Numbered from the stretch's first letter, positions 13,491 through 28,307 are shown. The stretch is DNA of 64,000 nucleotides from Octopus sinensis (GCF_006345805.1 NC_042999.1:102858001-102922000); one strand, 5' to 3'. Program-made: numbers and translations. The notes: generated by a model not told the origin, from the letters alone.

Positions 13491-15054
13491 GGCTGTCAAT
13501 CTTCCAGGTGTAATCCACCTTTTTATGTATGAAGTTTTAGAGATCTTGTTATTGAGTAGTTTCAAATTTTATGTAACCGATCTTCAGATCGTGAGCGAGA
13601 AGTTCCTCGATTCTGGTGCTGGACAAAGCATTACTGAATTGAATTCTCAGAGAAGAGAACCAACACTCAATGTCTCATATTTTGCACGAGTAGGATGAAA
13701 AAATAAACGCCGTGAGGAAATGAACAAGATGAAAAACTGTTGCGGAAATGACTGAAAATTACCTACATTTTTATTTACCCCTCTATAACTCTCTTTCTTT
13801 CCCTCAATTTTTAGACATGTTTCAGTCATTTGACCTCGGCCATGTTGGGCAACGTTTAAACGGGTTTAGTTGATCAAAAAGCCGACTGCAGTACTTTTAT
13901 TTTTAAAGTCAGTTAGTTATAATATCGCTTTCCTTTTGCCGAATCATAACGTAACGGAGAAGTAAACAAGCCAACATCACTAGTGAGGGGAGAGCGAAGA
14001 CGCACGCACACGCACACACAAACTCACGCACACGCACACACACACATACACACATACGTATATATACATACGTACATATATATATGTATATATGTATATG
14101 TATATATGTACATATGTGTATCTCTCTCTCTCTCCTCTCTCTCTCTCTGTATATATATATATATATATAATATATATGTACACACATGCACAATGGGGTT
14201 CCACAAAGCTTTTGTCTACCGAACTCACTCACAAGGCGCTGATCGGTTCGGGGTTTTAGAAGAAGGCGCTTACCCAAAGTATCGCGTAGTGGAACTGAAC
14301 CCGAAGCCACGTGCTTGCAAAACGAACTTCTTACATTACATCCACGATTGTGCATTCAACAAAAATGTCGTTACACATTTCGGTATAACCTTGAAGCATG
14401 GCAGGTAGTTATTTAAAAAATAGAACACTGAACATTGAAAAAGAGATACGAGAGACAAATTAGTCACACATACTTACATACATGCATACATATAGTGTAT
14501 ACACACATACACTCATATATATATATTCAGTTTTGACTGCAGGAAAATCGGGAGTTTGAGCTTGAGAAATGAAATGGATATAAGATTTGACAGTCATCGC
14601 TCGTTCCATAAGAAGATTAAAGGCACAACAGAAATGAAAATAGCTTCAATTATCAATCAAAAAAGAAAAAAAAACCGGTTGGTTATCTTGTATACTTATA
14701 TTTTTGGGGAAAATAGCAGGCAGCTTTGTATATGCCTTTCTTAATGAAATCATACATGGAAATGCAGTAAACAGCTATCCACTTGCAACCGATTGAGGCA
14801 CTAGGATTATTTGAAGCTTACGGTTCGGGCATAGCTTATTATTTTTTTCTAAGTTTTGCATTTAAATGAAGATTAACGTTTCTAGATATCTATACTATTA
14901 CTAACGTCAGCAGACTTTTAAGTAAGAGCCTTATTTACATAGTTTCCACTCTAAGATTCTTATTTTGAATCCAGTTTGGATCTATGCACACATCCAGAGG
15001 GAAAATAATCGGAGCTCAAAAAGTAGTGTGTCTATACATACATACATACATACA

Positions 15055-15088
<34 letters not shown>

Positions 15089-15257
15089 CATACATACATG
15101 CACGCATATAATATATGAGAAGAATGTAGCTGACGGAATTACATTTATTCCATGGTATTACAATTATTTCAACTTCGTATGGGTAACAAATCAAACATCA
15201 TGTATACAAACATAGATGAGAGCTATGATCCGTATACATATATATATAGTCGTGTCC

Positions 15258-15303
<46 letters not shown>

Positions 15304-15554
15304 GTCATGTCCATAATGTAATGTATATTAATTAATAATCTCCACGGAAGTAAACATTTTGGATCTTCTGTTTGTTTGAAACATGTTTCCACTGGAGAAA
15401 TTCTCCTTCATGCAATCTGAGACTCCCACGCGTGAGTGTTGTTTGAGATAGACGCCTGGATTCTCTGATTCAATGTTACACACACGCACACGCACGCACG
15501 CACACGCACGCACGCACACACGCACGCACACACACACACACATGCACATTTGTA

Positions 15555-15916
15555 TACTTTTTACTCTTTTACTTGTTTCAGTCAATTGACTGTGGCCATG
15601 CTGGAGCACCGCCTTTAGTCAAGCAAATCGACTCCAGGACTTATTCTTTGTAAGCCTAGTATTGATGATTCTATCGGCACTCAATCGATGTTGGGGTGGG
15701 TGGGCAAACACAGACATACAAACATATACACATACACACACATATATATACATATATACGACGGGCTTCTTTCAGTTTGCGGCTACCAAATCCACTCACA
15801 AGGCTTTGGTCGGCCCGAGGCTATGGTAGAAGACACTTGCTCAAGGTGCCACGCAGTGGGACTGAACCCGAAACCATGTGGCTGGTAAGCAAGCTATTTA
15901 CCACACTGCCACTCCT
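15555..15916 (-). mobile_element. tRNA-derived SINE (family A)
   Basis: Same head and tail as 10792-11203. Confidence 0.8.
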
Positions 15917-15923
15917 ATGACTT

Positions 15924-15975
<52 letters not shown>

Positions 15976-15976
<1 letters not shown>

Positions 15977-16950
15977 CACAATATCCCGTCCAAAAATGAA
16001 AGTATTTTTAAAAATTCAAAAATGTTTTAACTAGATTATGCTTGAGAAAATAACATTTTACTCAAAGTATCCCCCCTCAGCTTCCACCAAGGCCTCAAGA
16101 CGGCTCCGGAACTTGGCGCATGCGTTTCTCACTGTGTCTTTGAAATATTTTCGAAGACCCACATCATCTTGGCCACCAGCTCGGCTTTCGTGTTGCAAGC
16201 AATTCGGTTGGCGTCTTTCTCAACCGTACCCCACACATAGTAATACAGGGGATTAAAATCGAGGGAATTAAGAGGCCAGAAATTGGGGCTGGTGAAGTCG
16301 CAGAGATTCTCCGACAATCACATCTGACACTTTCTGGAGATATGGCAAGGATTCGAATCCTGCTGCCACACATATGGCTTTCTAGGAGCAACCATCTGTA
16401 GCAGTAGCCCTCAGTATTCGATCACAGTCTCCAGCAGCTCTACATAGCCGTCTGAATTGAGCTTAAGATGTTCAAAGATATTGTGTCGCCTGACGTCACA
16501 TTCACTCGAGACATACTCAAAGACCACCGCAGTTTAAGTGGTACATAACACGGATTGTAGGTAAACCATCTATCGTCCTGGCTGAAATTATTTTCATCTG
16601 AGAAGAACCAGATCATTCCCGGTGTTAGAAGATGCTTCAAATTGTTGAGGAGTTTCTTTGCTTTTGTCAAGCAATTCCCCTTGGCTTTGGTTGTCAGAAT
16701 TTGTCCTTTGCACCTTTTGTACTAGTGGTAGTAAAGGTCTCCATTCAGGGTCAGCTTCATGCTGTTGATTCTAAAGCCCGAATTCCCTTGCTCGGATCTT
16801 CTATCATCTCATCCTGCAATTATTGGATAAATTCCGGCGTGCGAGCGCTGTCAGAACGCCTACTATGTCTTTTTCTGCTGCTGGACACGGGTTTCTAGTC
16901 TTCGTGGCAGCTGTCCATGTCACGCCTTACCGTCTTTACAGTGTTCAGAG
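15976..16950 (-). mobile_element. Tc1/mariner transposase remnant
   Basis: Fragments 'WFFSDENNFSQD' and 'FWPLNSLDFNPLYYYVWG' (WPxxSPDLNPLDYxxW motif) with many frameshifts; follows a (TA)n tract. Confidence 0.75.
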
Positions 16951-19900
16951 TGCATTGAGCAACAGTGATGAAGTTACTTTTTTCACACCGGGCTCCAATC
17001 ATCTTTTCCAATATTCAGATGGCTTCCAGTCTTACATGTCAGCTAACTTTTACTCAATTACAGTTTTAATCTTAATATTATCTCACGTCGTACAAGTGTA
17101 TCACGACACAGTAGTTGCGCTTTATAACATTAGCTACACTTCTCTCGAAGGTTGAAATCAGTAAGTTTCTTAGTCATCCTGGTATACCACCGTAAGGTCA
17201 TTATTTCTGTTCTGAAATATTGTTGTTGTTGTTGTTGTGTAGCTACAGGTGTTCCTTGATTGAGTCGACCTATAATTAAAGGCGTTCCAACAACAACTCT
17301 CTATGATTAAATTGTCTTTTAATTTCTTTTTTAAACGCTAGGGTGTGATTTGACTACTACTTCTAACATGTCGACGTAGCTTCAACCTATTTTCCTTATT
17401 TTATCATAGATCGAACCAAAGGGCTGGTTTCGAATCCCTGTTGTGGCTATTACATTTTGCATCACAAACACATGTACCGAGGAAACATCTGTGCATTGAT
17501 TGCTTGACCTGGGAGAAACAGCAGTTAACAACCCCTCAAATCATAATCTGCTGGCACGATATAAGCTAAAAGAAGCATTAGATAATCAAGTACTAGGTAC
17601 TCCTTAAAAGACAGGATGGTTTCAGTTGGAAGTATTAATAGTCAGTATATTCGATCAAGGTTGATCTGGGGTTGAATTAATGAACTCATTTTTGTCCATT
17701 AGTTAATTATATTATCTACTGATTATATGCTGATTTCGAATTACCAAGAAGAGAATGCAAATATTTCAAGTTTAACTCTTATGCGTATGAAACAAATAGT
17801 CGATTTCATAATCTCATTCAATTCTTCCGGCTTTAAATTACTGTAACTTTGGTAATTGTAATTTTTTTTCTCACACCACCTTTGACTATTTATTTCCGTA
17901 AGCGCGCTTAGCATTACAGTATTCATTGGTCAAGAAAATTAACCAGGATCTACATTAGAAATAGAAACTAAAGTAATTTCAACATCATATCAACTTGAAA
18001 TGCCGGAAGGAAATCTTTAGCGAAGCCACAGCACTCTTTCTTCGATAGCAAACACGACATGATATCAGAAATATAATTAACTCCTGTATTTCTTCAATCC
18101 CTTACATTTATTCCTTTGCTTTACCTATTTTCCTTATTATAGTTCATTAGAGTTTACCTGAACAGTTGATAAAATTTTTAGCTTAACGAAATTTAATTCG
18201 ATTCGAATGTGAAATAACATCTGAATTTCTTTTATATCTAACCTTCATGCTGCCGTTGTTGTTTAACCATCAGATCAGCTTTCATCAACTAGAGCCATGA
18301 TCAAAAGCCTTCCAGCCATGAGCATCACATCTGCTTATCAACGATGTATTTAGGTTTATATTATCCAAAGATTATACAGTGATATTTGGTTCGTTAACCT
18401 TCATGAATATCATAGTAAATGTTGGAATGAGACAATGGAGCCCTATATCATAAAAAGCATCAAAAGTGATGCTTTAACTTCTTTTAGTAATAAGGTAAAT
18501 TTACGAAGGCAAACAATATAAATAGTTACTTTTACATATTCAAAAGTATACAACTGATATCAAATTACTGTTTCAGTCTTAAGGCTTTTTTTCACGTGTA
18601 TTTTAAGAGTTTTCAGTTGATGTCGAAATTTCGCCCGCGAGCGACGGGTTCATTAGCTGCGCCTCTTTTGGGAAAATGTTAGTGTGTTTTAAAAAAAGAG
18701 TTCAACAGAGTGTCTTGCTCCCAAAAGCTCTGGAAAATTGGAAGTTATTTGTAGAACTATTTAAGGAACAAATATCGAATAATTATGTTTCGTGCTAATA
18801 CGTATATTTCACTGAAGTTAAAGTGGACACATATCATGTTAGGGAAAAATAAACTGTATAATTGCTGAAAAATATAATGTGGATGAATCTTGAGTAGTTT
18901 TAATTTGAAGTTTATGGAATTTTCGATTAGCTGCCTTCTAGATTTCGTCAGAATGAAAGCACTAGATCTAACTGCATAGAAAATGGCAACCTGACCAGGA
19001 TTGAGTCAGTTGCTACCGCACTCCCACAGAAATTCTATTTCCGCTCTTCGCTCTTTCTATCTGCAGTGAACTCTGACCATCAGAGCTGGCTGCTCTATTG
19101 CCACTAAAGCACTTCCCACTCATTTGCTTCTTCTCTCGTTATTCACATCGATCTACCTCCACCCACCTTGCACAAACGACTCTGTCAAGTCCTCTATCTC
19201 CAGAACATTGCTTTTCTAGAATTTTTCTCTGGTCAAGTTTTTTTTTCTGCAGCAATGAAATTGCAACTAAACAAGAATCACATTAACCGCATCGACCTTA
19301 CTGGTCATTTAGGGTCTATGAGACCATGGACACACTTACCTCCTACTGACTAGAATGAAAAATATTTAAAATCCTTTTACAACGTATTTGATTATAAAAC
19401 GATACTAACTATCTTACTGCGCTGTTAAAAGTACTGTGAAGTAGAAGACAGATCTTCGAGCAGATTAAAGCAAAAACTCAAACCAGATGTGAAAATAGGA
19501 AAATGAACTAATATATCATAGTTGATTTATTAGTAGAAATACCTCTCAAGTGAAGCAGTAGCCTCTAAGAACACAAAGCACGAGAACAAAAATCCGTGAA
19601 AGTCGATGTACTGTAATTTTAGAAATTTCACTTGAATCTAATTATTATCAAAGAGAACGTTTCCAAAAATATAGATTCATATCTATTTAGAAATTGCTGC
19701 CGGGTAATTAGGTACCAACATGAAACGGTTGTGATCTAATTAAGAAGTCATTATAATAACTTTTTTAATCGTTTCTATGATTTGGGTCTTTGATGATGAT
19801 TATGCTTTGTGTAGGCTAACCTCAAACTTAATCAAACGTTTTCCAAATAAAATGTTAATGATTAATAGGTATTTGCTTTTCAGTTAAATATCATAACGTC

Positions 19901-21018
19901 ATTTTTAATTACAAATGAATGATAGTTTCTTTTACTTTTTCTTTCGTTATTTTTCAAAAACTAATGGGCAAAATCATATATCACAATAATGAGTTTCTTT
20001 CGATGGTCCTTTACATCTAAAAACTCGCTTCTAGGATACCTTTCTTTTATGAACAGAATTATATCTTTTGCTTTTTTAAACTTTGGCAATACTGAATATT
20101 ATTTGAAGTATTTCTGCCAGAAAGCCATTCTACATAATTATTGTATAACGTATAGATATTACTCTCTTTAAGCATCCGCTAATTATCATTGAAAAATTCT
20201 TGATATTTGCACGAAGAGATGAACAACAGATACGAAGAACATATAATCAGTTTGCCCCTAGCAATTTGTCTGACTTGGATGATCTGTGTTATTTGATCTT
20301 CACACTTACTACCAAAAGTAGACTCTTGACACAGTCCACCACACCATCATTTAACCCTGTATTTGCCAGTCCTCATTGACAGGAACATCAGGTTGGGTCT
20401 CATCGTAACAGCCAGTAATTTGATTTGTATTCATTATTAAAGACTTGTTTTAACTTTTAGAGACCCTTATTTTAGTGTAATAAGTGCGTAAAGTTATGCC
20501 TAATCCCTTTTTTTTCAAGGGCGTTGAAAACAAAAGCAAGCGATTACGTTTAAACATTAGAATCGGATCATGGACTCAGACAAAGTTGAATAAACTACCT
20601 CATAACGTAATCCTACAACTCAGAAAGTATAGTGCTTCAGTTTTGAGCTAAGTTTGATATCCCTGTAAAGGTGTATCATTGCATATAAAGGTAAATCTTC
20701 TACTGGTGCAATTGTAGGATATCTAACTGAATTCTTCAACTGCATACTTAAGCAAACTTTCGGTGAGCTAAATGCATACAACCTGTTTATAGTTTGCATT
20801 TTTCAAGCTCTTAGAAAATTGTGAAAGGTAGAAATCTATAAATTTGCTACATACTACAGCTTACTGATTGTTAATCATAACCAAAACAGATCATGCTTTA
20901 AAACCTCCATGGAGAGTAAAATGTCTGCGGGTAATATATTTGCGGAGAGTTTTGGAAATCTGACAAAGGAATCTGAAAGCAACTTGAACTAATCTGAACT
21001 AAAATTCTTATATTTCAG

Positions 21019-21130
21019 GCATTTGTATTTGGTTGGAACGCTGAGGTTGTATTGAAAAGAAACTTAAATCATAACATCTCCGCTGGTATAGGCTTGTGTA
21101 TTGCAATTATTATTGCTGGACAGGTTTCAG
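21019..21130 (+). CDS. Aquaglyceroporin (MIP family, AQP3/9/GlpF-like), internal exon (probable exon 2)
   Basis: tttcag|GCA...TCAG|gtaag. Translates AFVFGWNAEVVLKRNLNHNISAGIGLCIAIIIAGQVSG; the end 'IAGQVSG' matches AQP3-type TM2. 112 nt, phase 0 in, phase 1 out. Confidence 0.88.
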
Positions 21131-21240
21131 GTAAGATAATTCCTGAATTATATTGTCAATATTGACCTTGTGCCAAAATTTGGAATCAATATCCTAATAA
21201 GTTTTGACCGAAATAACCAGATAAACCCACTACTCTTATA

Positions 21241-21651
21241 CAGGGTGGTCGCTAGAAAAATGGAAAATTTGTGATGTGACAATTTATATTTTCCCAAAGG
21301 AGGTATACAAAGTTTCAAAGTTGCAATAACAGTATTAATTTGATACCTTGTGATAGTTGAATAAAAGTTCGGTAACACAGTAAAGTTTTTAGTCACTCCC
21401 CAAGTCAGATTTTCACTCTTGAGAAGAGCAATAATTTGTCTCTGGAAGTCTGATAGCTGTTTCCTGCCACCTATTTCTTTCATGATATGGGGTTCACGCT
21501 GAAGCTAATGACGGTGAATGCTTGTTATGATTACGCACTCATCCGACAACAGAAACAACGAATTAGAAACCACCAATCACACAGTTTATTGATGATCTAA
21601 TTAATGCTTGTTAGTTTTGCCTTCCAATTTTCCGCTTTTCTAGCGTCTTCT
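21241..21651 (-). mobile_element. Tc1-derived deleted element in the short aquaglyceroporin intron
   Basis: Imperfect TIRs (..CGCTAGAAAAATGGAAAATT / AATTTTCCGCTTTTCTAGCG..); - strand 'GGRKQLSDFQRQIIALLKSE' resembles a Tc1 N-terminal HTH. Confidence 0.55.
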
Positions 21652-21759
21652 GCTCCAGAGCAGAAAATCGAAGTGTTATAAAACAATGTAACCCACTGAT
21701 CAAATTTTTCCCATTATCATGTTAAATATTTCACAATACTTCGTTCAATGTATTTGCAG

Positions 21760-21897
21760 GTGGACACATGAATCCAGTTATTACTTTGAGCTTTTGTCTG
21801 ATGGGAAAAATCAAATTTAAGAAGCTTCTACCCTACACTCTAGCACAAACGCTGGGAGCTTTCATTGTTGCCTCACTGCAATACGGAATACTTTATG
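21760..21897 (+). CDS. Aquaglyceroporin exon with first NPA-type box (NPV)
   Basis: ttgcag|GT...TATG|gtaag. (G)GHMNPVITLSFCLMGKIKFKKLLPYTLAQTLGAFIVASLQYGILY contains the MIP signature SGGHxNPxxT and AQxLGAF. 138 nt, phase 1/1. Confidence 0.95.
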
Positions 21898-21915
21898 GTA
21901 AGAACAATATATATA

Positions 21916-21975
<60 letters not shown>

Positions 21976-22237
21976 ATAATAATAATAAAAATGAATGTGT
22001 GTGTGTCCACATATAGGAAGGAAAACTATAGCGGGGATATAAAAACTAAAAGCTAATTCTTTTGTAAAATTTCACGACGAAGACAATGGAACTTGTCCTG
22101 AGTCTCTAGCGGCTCTCTGAATGGAGCTACTAGCCATTTTCCAATATGTACAAAATCACATTTCAAAAATAAATGAGGGATCTAAAGGATATATTCTTTA
22201 TCGGATTAACATACCACTTTTTTATAGGTTTCAATTT

Positions 22238-22905
22238 AAAGCTGCGGCCATGCTGGGGCACCGCCGTATTGTTACACTGTTATTATAGGAATTTGGTGAA
22301 TAAGGGAGTTTGATGTCGCTGCCCTCATTTGCGCCCCATGCCACGGGGTAGGTTCATCTGGGACTCTCGAAGGAAGAGATCCAGTTTTGTTTTGAAAATA
22401 CCTACATCAACTTTGTGTAGGTCCCTCAGGCTCTTTGGGAGAATATTAAAAAGCAGTGGGACCTTGAAATTCAGGCAGTTGTAGTAACTGGTCTTGAAGC
22501 ACGACGGCATTGTTGGGATTTTGGCACTGTGCACTGTGCAGTGGCAACCCGTTCTGGCATTCATGTAGCTTTCAATGCCACAATTTAGTACAAGCCCTTC
22601 CAAGATCTTCCAGGTGTATATCACTACATATCTCTCTTGCCTTCGCTCCAGGGAGTCTTAGCTGTTTCAGCCTTTTCCAGTAGCTGAGATGTTGCAATGA
22701 GACACAATCTTCTTTGGATTCGCTGGATTGCTTTACACTGTTGGATAACCAAAGTTGGGAGCAGTAATCCAGCAGTAATCCAGGCGGCTGAGGACAAATG
22801 TCCTCCAGAGGAGCATCATGTTTTCCTTCTCACTAGTTTTGAAGGTTCTCAGCATCCAGCCAGCCGGCCGTCTGCACTTTGTCGCCATCTTGGTAATGTG
22901 GACAA
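22238..22905 (-). mobile_element. Decayed CR1-like LINE 3' end
   Basis: Peptides 'WMLRTFK...LWRTFVLSRLDYC' and 'IYTWKILEGLV...LFNILPKSLRDL...FKTKLDLFL'; the 3' tail includes GGCGGTGCCCCAGCATGGCCGCAG. Confidence 0.75.
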
Positions 22906-23340
22906 AATGCTTAGCGGTTTTTCGCCCGTCGCTATGTTTTGAGCTCAAATTCCGCCGAGGTCTACTCTGCCTTTCATCCTTTCAGGATCGATGAAATGAG
23001 TACTAGTTACGCACTGGGGTCGATGTAATCGACTTATACCCTCCCCCAATATTTCAGGTCTTGTGCTTATAGTAGAAAGAAATATAATGGTTTAGACATA
23101 CAAAAGAAAAAGAGAACATCCATGATTAATCCTTTCTACTAAAAGCATGAGATCTGAGATTTTGGGGGAAAAGACAAGTCGATTACACCGACCCCAGTGT
23201 TTTACTAGTACTTAATTTATTGACTCCCGAAAGGATGAAAGCAAAGTCTGCCTCGGCGGAATTTGAACCGAGAACGTAAGGACGGAAGAAATGCCTCTAA
23301 GCATTTTTCCCGGTATGCTAACGATTCTGCCAACTCGCCG
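22906..23340. mobile_element. Two family C SINE copies in opposite orientation
   Basis: + copy ~22906-23080 and - copy ~23130-23340, both with 'CAAATTCCGCCGAGG...CTTTCATCCTTTCG'. Confidence 0.7.
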
Positions 23341-23577
23341 GCTTTATGGGTTACATAATTAATAAAAACAAACAAATGAGCTCAGAAAGAAATACACTTC
23401 ACAGAGGCCAGTGCCACGAATTTGGACTACAAAGACGAATAAGGGTTAACATTGACGAAATTTGATAATATTTGTAAACAATTTGAAGGAGAAATATATC
23501 AACAAATTCACTGTGGAGAATCGAACTACACATGTTTTGAATTAGAATTTACAAAATCATGCATAACTTGACAAAGA

Positions 23578-23659
<82 letters not shown>

Positions 23660-25744
23660 TCAGCTTCATGTAGGGTATATGTTTGGAAAAAACAATACAC
23701 GAAGTGAAACAAACGAGTGTGTGGAATCAAAGAATCCGGTGTATCATAAAAAAATAAACTCAAATCAAATGATTCCACACTAAAACCTGCTGATGAAAGA
23801 GTTCTAAAGGAAATTGCTGATTAAATAGATATACGGCACACTGATAGGAATGACAATTAATACCCAAGAAATAGTAAATCTGTAAACAGCAACAATTTTT
23901 TTTCTGTCGGAGCACACTAAATTATATCAAAGCTAACAACCATTACATACATTTGTTAATAGCAAAAACATAAATGTATCTCTACTAAGAGTCGTTTCAT
24001 CAAGACAGAAAAAAATCTTATACAAATGTTATAAATGAAGTGCAGTTATTTACTATCCCATCTAATAAAAGTTGATGTTGAAATGTATCGACATAGGTGA
24101 AACATTAATGGTTCTCTGTACGCACATACACACAAACCCATTATGTATACACACAGACACAGACACACACACGCATACACACACACACGCATACACACAC
24201 ACACGCATACACACACACACACGCATACACACACATATAGATATGTTGGTGTGTGTGTGTGTGTGTGTTTTCACCCAAATGGAAAATATGGTTGTTAGCA
24301 GACAACTAATAAGTAAATACGACAACTGAAGCTTAATAAATGTTATGTCCTCTTCATGTATACAAATCCACGTACAAAAAGACAACAAAGAAAGAACAAA
24401 ACAAAAAACAAAAACATCAAATGGAACAGTCACATCAAAACCTGAGAGATGTCTAAATAGTATCTATCTATATATGTATATATATATGGACGTCATAAAG
24501 ATAACAATCCATTTGAATAACAAGGTTGAAGCAGAATCGTTCTAAATATGTATTCATAAGAAATCAAGAACTACAATAACGCTTGAATGCCGGAGAAAAA
24601 TCATCATACCACTTTTTAGTCCCTAAACAAGGAGATAAAATGAAAATTAGTCATGTTAAAATTGAACTATATAACATGTTTGCCGTTTAGGTTAATTTTT
24701 GCATATATATTGAAGGAGAATAGCGAAATACGTAAACATATAACTAAACATTTGACCGTGTGTGACATGTGAATCTCAGCTAAACTGCCTGCACATTTGC
24801 TCCGTCCGTCTGTTGTCTTTTAGATGGGAGCTTCTTGTTAGAACGTACCGTTACAAAATGCACTGTTGGAGCTCACTCTGTCACTAATTTATCAATCATG
24901 AAATACCCTACGGTGCGTTTTGTTCGCCACACTCTTCTAATATTACAATGCCATACTAACTTCCACATCCAAGAACGCTCAGTCCTATGCAGATATTACC
25001 AAGCTTCAACCCTCTCTACCCTTTTGTACCCAAGTGAATCGTTAACATGTAACCTGTGTACCCAACGCAAATTAAGGGCAGGCAAAATGTGCCATAGGGT
25101 CACAGAAAGACAGATAGACAGGACTTTATATGTAGTTGATGTACAGTAACTAGCTGTAGAAGTACTTACGAAATGAAATCTTTGTACTGCCATGCAATCC
25201 TGCTAAAATTAGCTGACAGCTTCGGTCGCCTATGTGACCAAATCAGCCTGAGTAAGAATGACGGAAAATAATGAAAGAATACGTTTACTTGCAACAAAAG
25301 GCTAACTCGCTCCGAATAAAAGGGCAGATAGTATGACTTTAGTGTGTGAAGAATGATATTGAATAGGAACGAGAAATGCACATAGAATAAAGTAGAAGTG
25401 CAAAGGCTGGAAAAATTGAATAAGCTCTACCGGTAATTAAAAAAGTGTGCATGAAAGACGAAGTGCAAGCGAGATGACGAAAGACAAGATGTATCGCACC
25501 TAGCGTACAAGATACAAGGCTATGTTGGTAGGGTATGTTACGCATGTGAATGATGATAGTTGGGCGAAGAAGCATCAGCTAATTCAAGAATTTGCAGAAG
25601 TGGAGAACCAAGGAAGATGTGGAGAGGTGATAAAGTCCGATCTCAGGATACTGGACTTCGTAAAGGTGAAAAGGGAATGCTACAAATCTGTCCACTCCAG
25701 CATAGAAAAAAGTCAACAACGATAACGATGATAATGAGGATCAT

Positions 25745-25866
<122 letters not shown>

Positions 25867-26074
25867 CACACACAAACACACACATTAGAATAAAGTGCGG
25901 TTAAAGTCTATTATAAAATCAAGGCGTAAACACCGGTGTTCATCGAAAATATCAACGCATGATGTAAGACATAAAAATCTTCTCTAAAGTACATATCGCA
26001 TCTCATTAATACGCTGTGATAACTAAGATGTAATCGGTTTTACATAGTCTGTTAACTAAGCCAAAGGCCCTGAA

Positions 26075-26163
26075 ATATGGTCAATGTGGTTAATAGTTAA
26101 CTTCTGCAACGTGGATTAGATATGGTCGTGTGGTTAATTGTTAACTTCTGCCACGTGGATTAG
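26075..26163. repeat. Tandem duplication, 2 x ~45 bp
   Basis: ATATGGTC..TGTGGTTAAT.GTTAACTTCTGC.ACGTGGATTAG occurs twice. Confidence 0.8.
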
Positions 26164-26439
26164 ATTCGATACTTCTGTATAATTGTCTTTACCACGACGT
26201 CCGATCGACTTAATTCTTGTGAATGAAATCTGAGAGACGATTAGAGTAAACGCTTGTGTGTTGAAGGCGCAGCTGTACTCCGTCTGCGAATGCAGGAGTC
26301 GATGTCTCATCCGGCGGTGGAACAACTCTGTTGGTGTTTCGGCGCCTTCCAAGACAACATCAGAGCTGCCGAAGGTCACTCAATGATGTAGACGATGAAA
26401 TTTCCCCCACACAACAGCACGAGATTTGTTGAGTCAAAT

Positions 26440-26700
26440 GTTGCGATTCTGGGACGTGTTTCTATCATCCTCTGTGCACGTTTTTGTTGCACCAACTGTT
26501 CTCTCTCTTGTGCCAGATGTAATAGTTTGCTTTCTCACTGGCTTCAACCAATTTTCTGGCAACGTCTTTTATCTCTGCATCAAGTCCATTAGGGAACTCG
26601 TGGTTTTAATAAATCCTTTACCGGAAGACATATTGCATGTCATCCATTGTTCTCACCGAATTCAACCAACTCGCTGTATCTTCTCGGAGATGACGTTAAG
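26440..26700 (-). mobile_element. Decayed RLE-type (HERO/R2-like) LINE C-terminus
   Basis: Manual translation of the reverse strand across frameshifts gives RRYSELVEFGENNG*HAICLPV..GF and ARKLVEASEKANYYIWHKRENSW, resembling 'RY..L..EC...GW....PVEVG.RGF...AE.AS.WIW..R'. Confidence 0.5.
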
Positions 26701-27618
26701 TGTACGACTTTAAGTAGCATGCCCCTGTAGGAGTTCAATGACTAGCTAATTCCACTGATCCAACAACTGGAATACTAATCATGGAAACCGACGCAAAATC
26801 TGTTTACTTCTCATAACGCGTTAACATCTCATCAGTATGTTATAATATTTAAATGTTAGTGCTTTTAGTGTCTGTAAATGTTGCCAAACAGGGCATAAAT
26901 ATGCTAATAGCAGCTTTTGTCAATAAATACTTGAATTTCACGAGATCTTACACTATTATGAAAGTTTAGGTTTATTTTCTAAACGACTAAGAGAAATTGC
27001 TTTAAAATGTGATAAGCAGTAAACCTTATCAGAAAATTAGTTGAGATTTTGCAGCCAAAGAAATACAAGAATTTAACGTTGTTTTCGAATTATTCACCTA
27101 CAGGTGGCACAGATGGTGTAATATGTCTGGCGTTGGAGTACGTCTATAGCATGCAAATTAAATCAGCAATTTCGATCGTTAAACGATAAAATGAACAAAT
27201 GCATACTTAATTCCGAAAGGATACTTTCTTTGCAGATCTGATAAAACAAACGAGGAGAAAGTTTTATCTCACTAATGAGTTTACCTGGTGTTATTGTTCT
27301 TATCGTTCACTGAACGCTTTGTGTCGTGAAAGTTCCGTGCTTCTGTGATGAATATCGTAGCAAGAGAAAGTCGGCCAGAAGCATTATTTATTTATTTATT
27401 TATTTAGTTATTTCATTTATTCCTCAGTTTGTGAACAATAGCGTCGTTGGTTTACACCGAGCCTATCACTAGTTTGTCACTGCATTTCTAACGACGAGAG
27501 TGATAAATGCAAATATCAGTATTTGCAAAATAACTTTATTTTCGGATTTCTCGCTGATGCTTGTATATTCTACGCAGGTATAAACAGGTGGACGATTCAC
27601 ACAAAAATACACACGTTA

Positions 27619-27727
<109 letters not shown>

Positions 27728-28150
27728 GTCTATCTGTCTGTCTGTCTGTCTGTCTGTCGACCTATAGAGAAAGGGAAAGGGAGAAGGAGAGAAAGATGAA
27801 TGGATGGATGGATCGTCGTCACTTATGATTATGGGGATTCAGTTGTTTGATCTATGAAATTACTTTCTCTTTGAAGTCGTGTGTGAGTGCATTCCGCAGA
27901 CGCATACCCTAAACAAAATTCTGAAGCTGAATCAATATGACACAGTGTGTGTCAAAGCAATACCTTATGAATTACAGGTATGATCCATCCGATGGATCCC
28001 TATACGATTTCCGTTTCTCTTATAAAATATGAATCGACATGAGACTATCTAAAATGAAATTTGCTCTTCATATCACGCAGCAAGAATAAATCCAAGACTT
28101 GTTTTGTGAAGAGAACTTTTTCACACATTCGGCTATATTCCATCTACGCT

Positions 28151-28207
<57 letters not shown>

Positions 28208-28271
28208 CACACCACACACACACACACATACACACACACAACACAAACACACATGTATGTGGGATATATAT

Positions 28272-28307
<36 letters not shown>

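Noticed and set aside
20909-20992. Candidate first exon MESKMSAGNIFAESFG...
   Set aside because: 'FAESFG' mimics the TM1 'AEFLG' motif but is followed by polar residues and a stop, with no suitable donor.
23790-23820. CTGATGA hits here and at ~50759, ~51425, ~61796 and ~63308
   Set aside because: No compatible helix II, GAAA and helix I/III arrangement; treated as chance matches.
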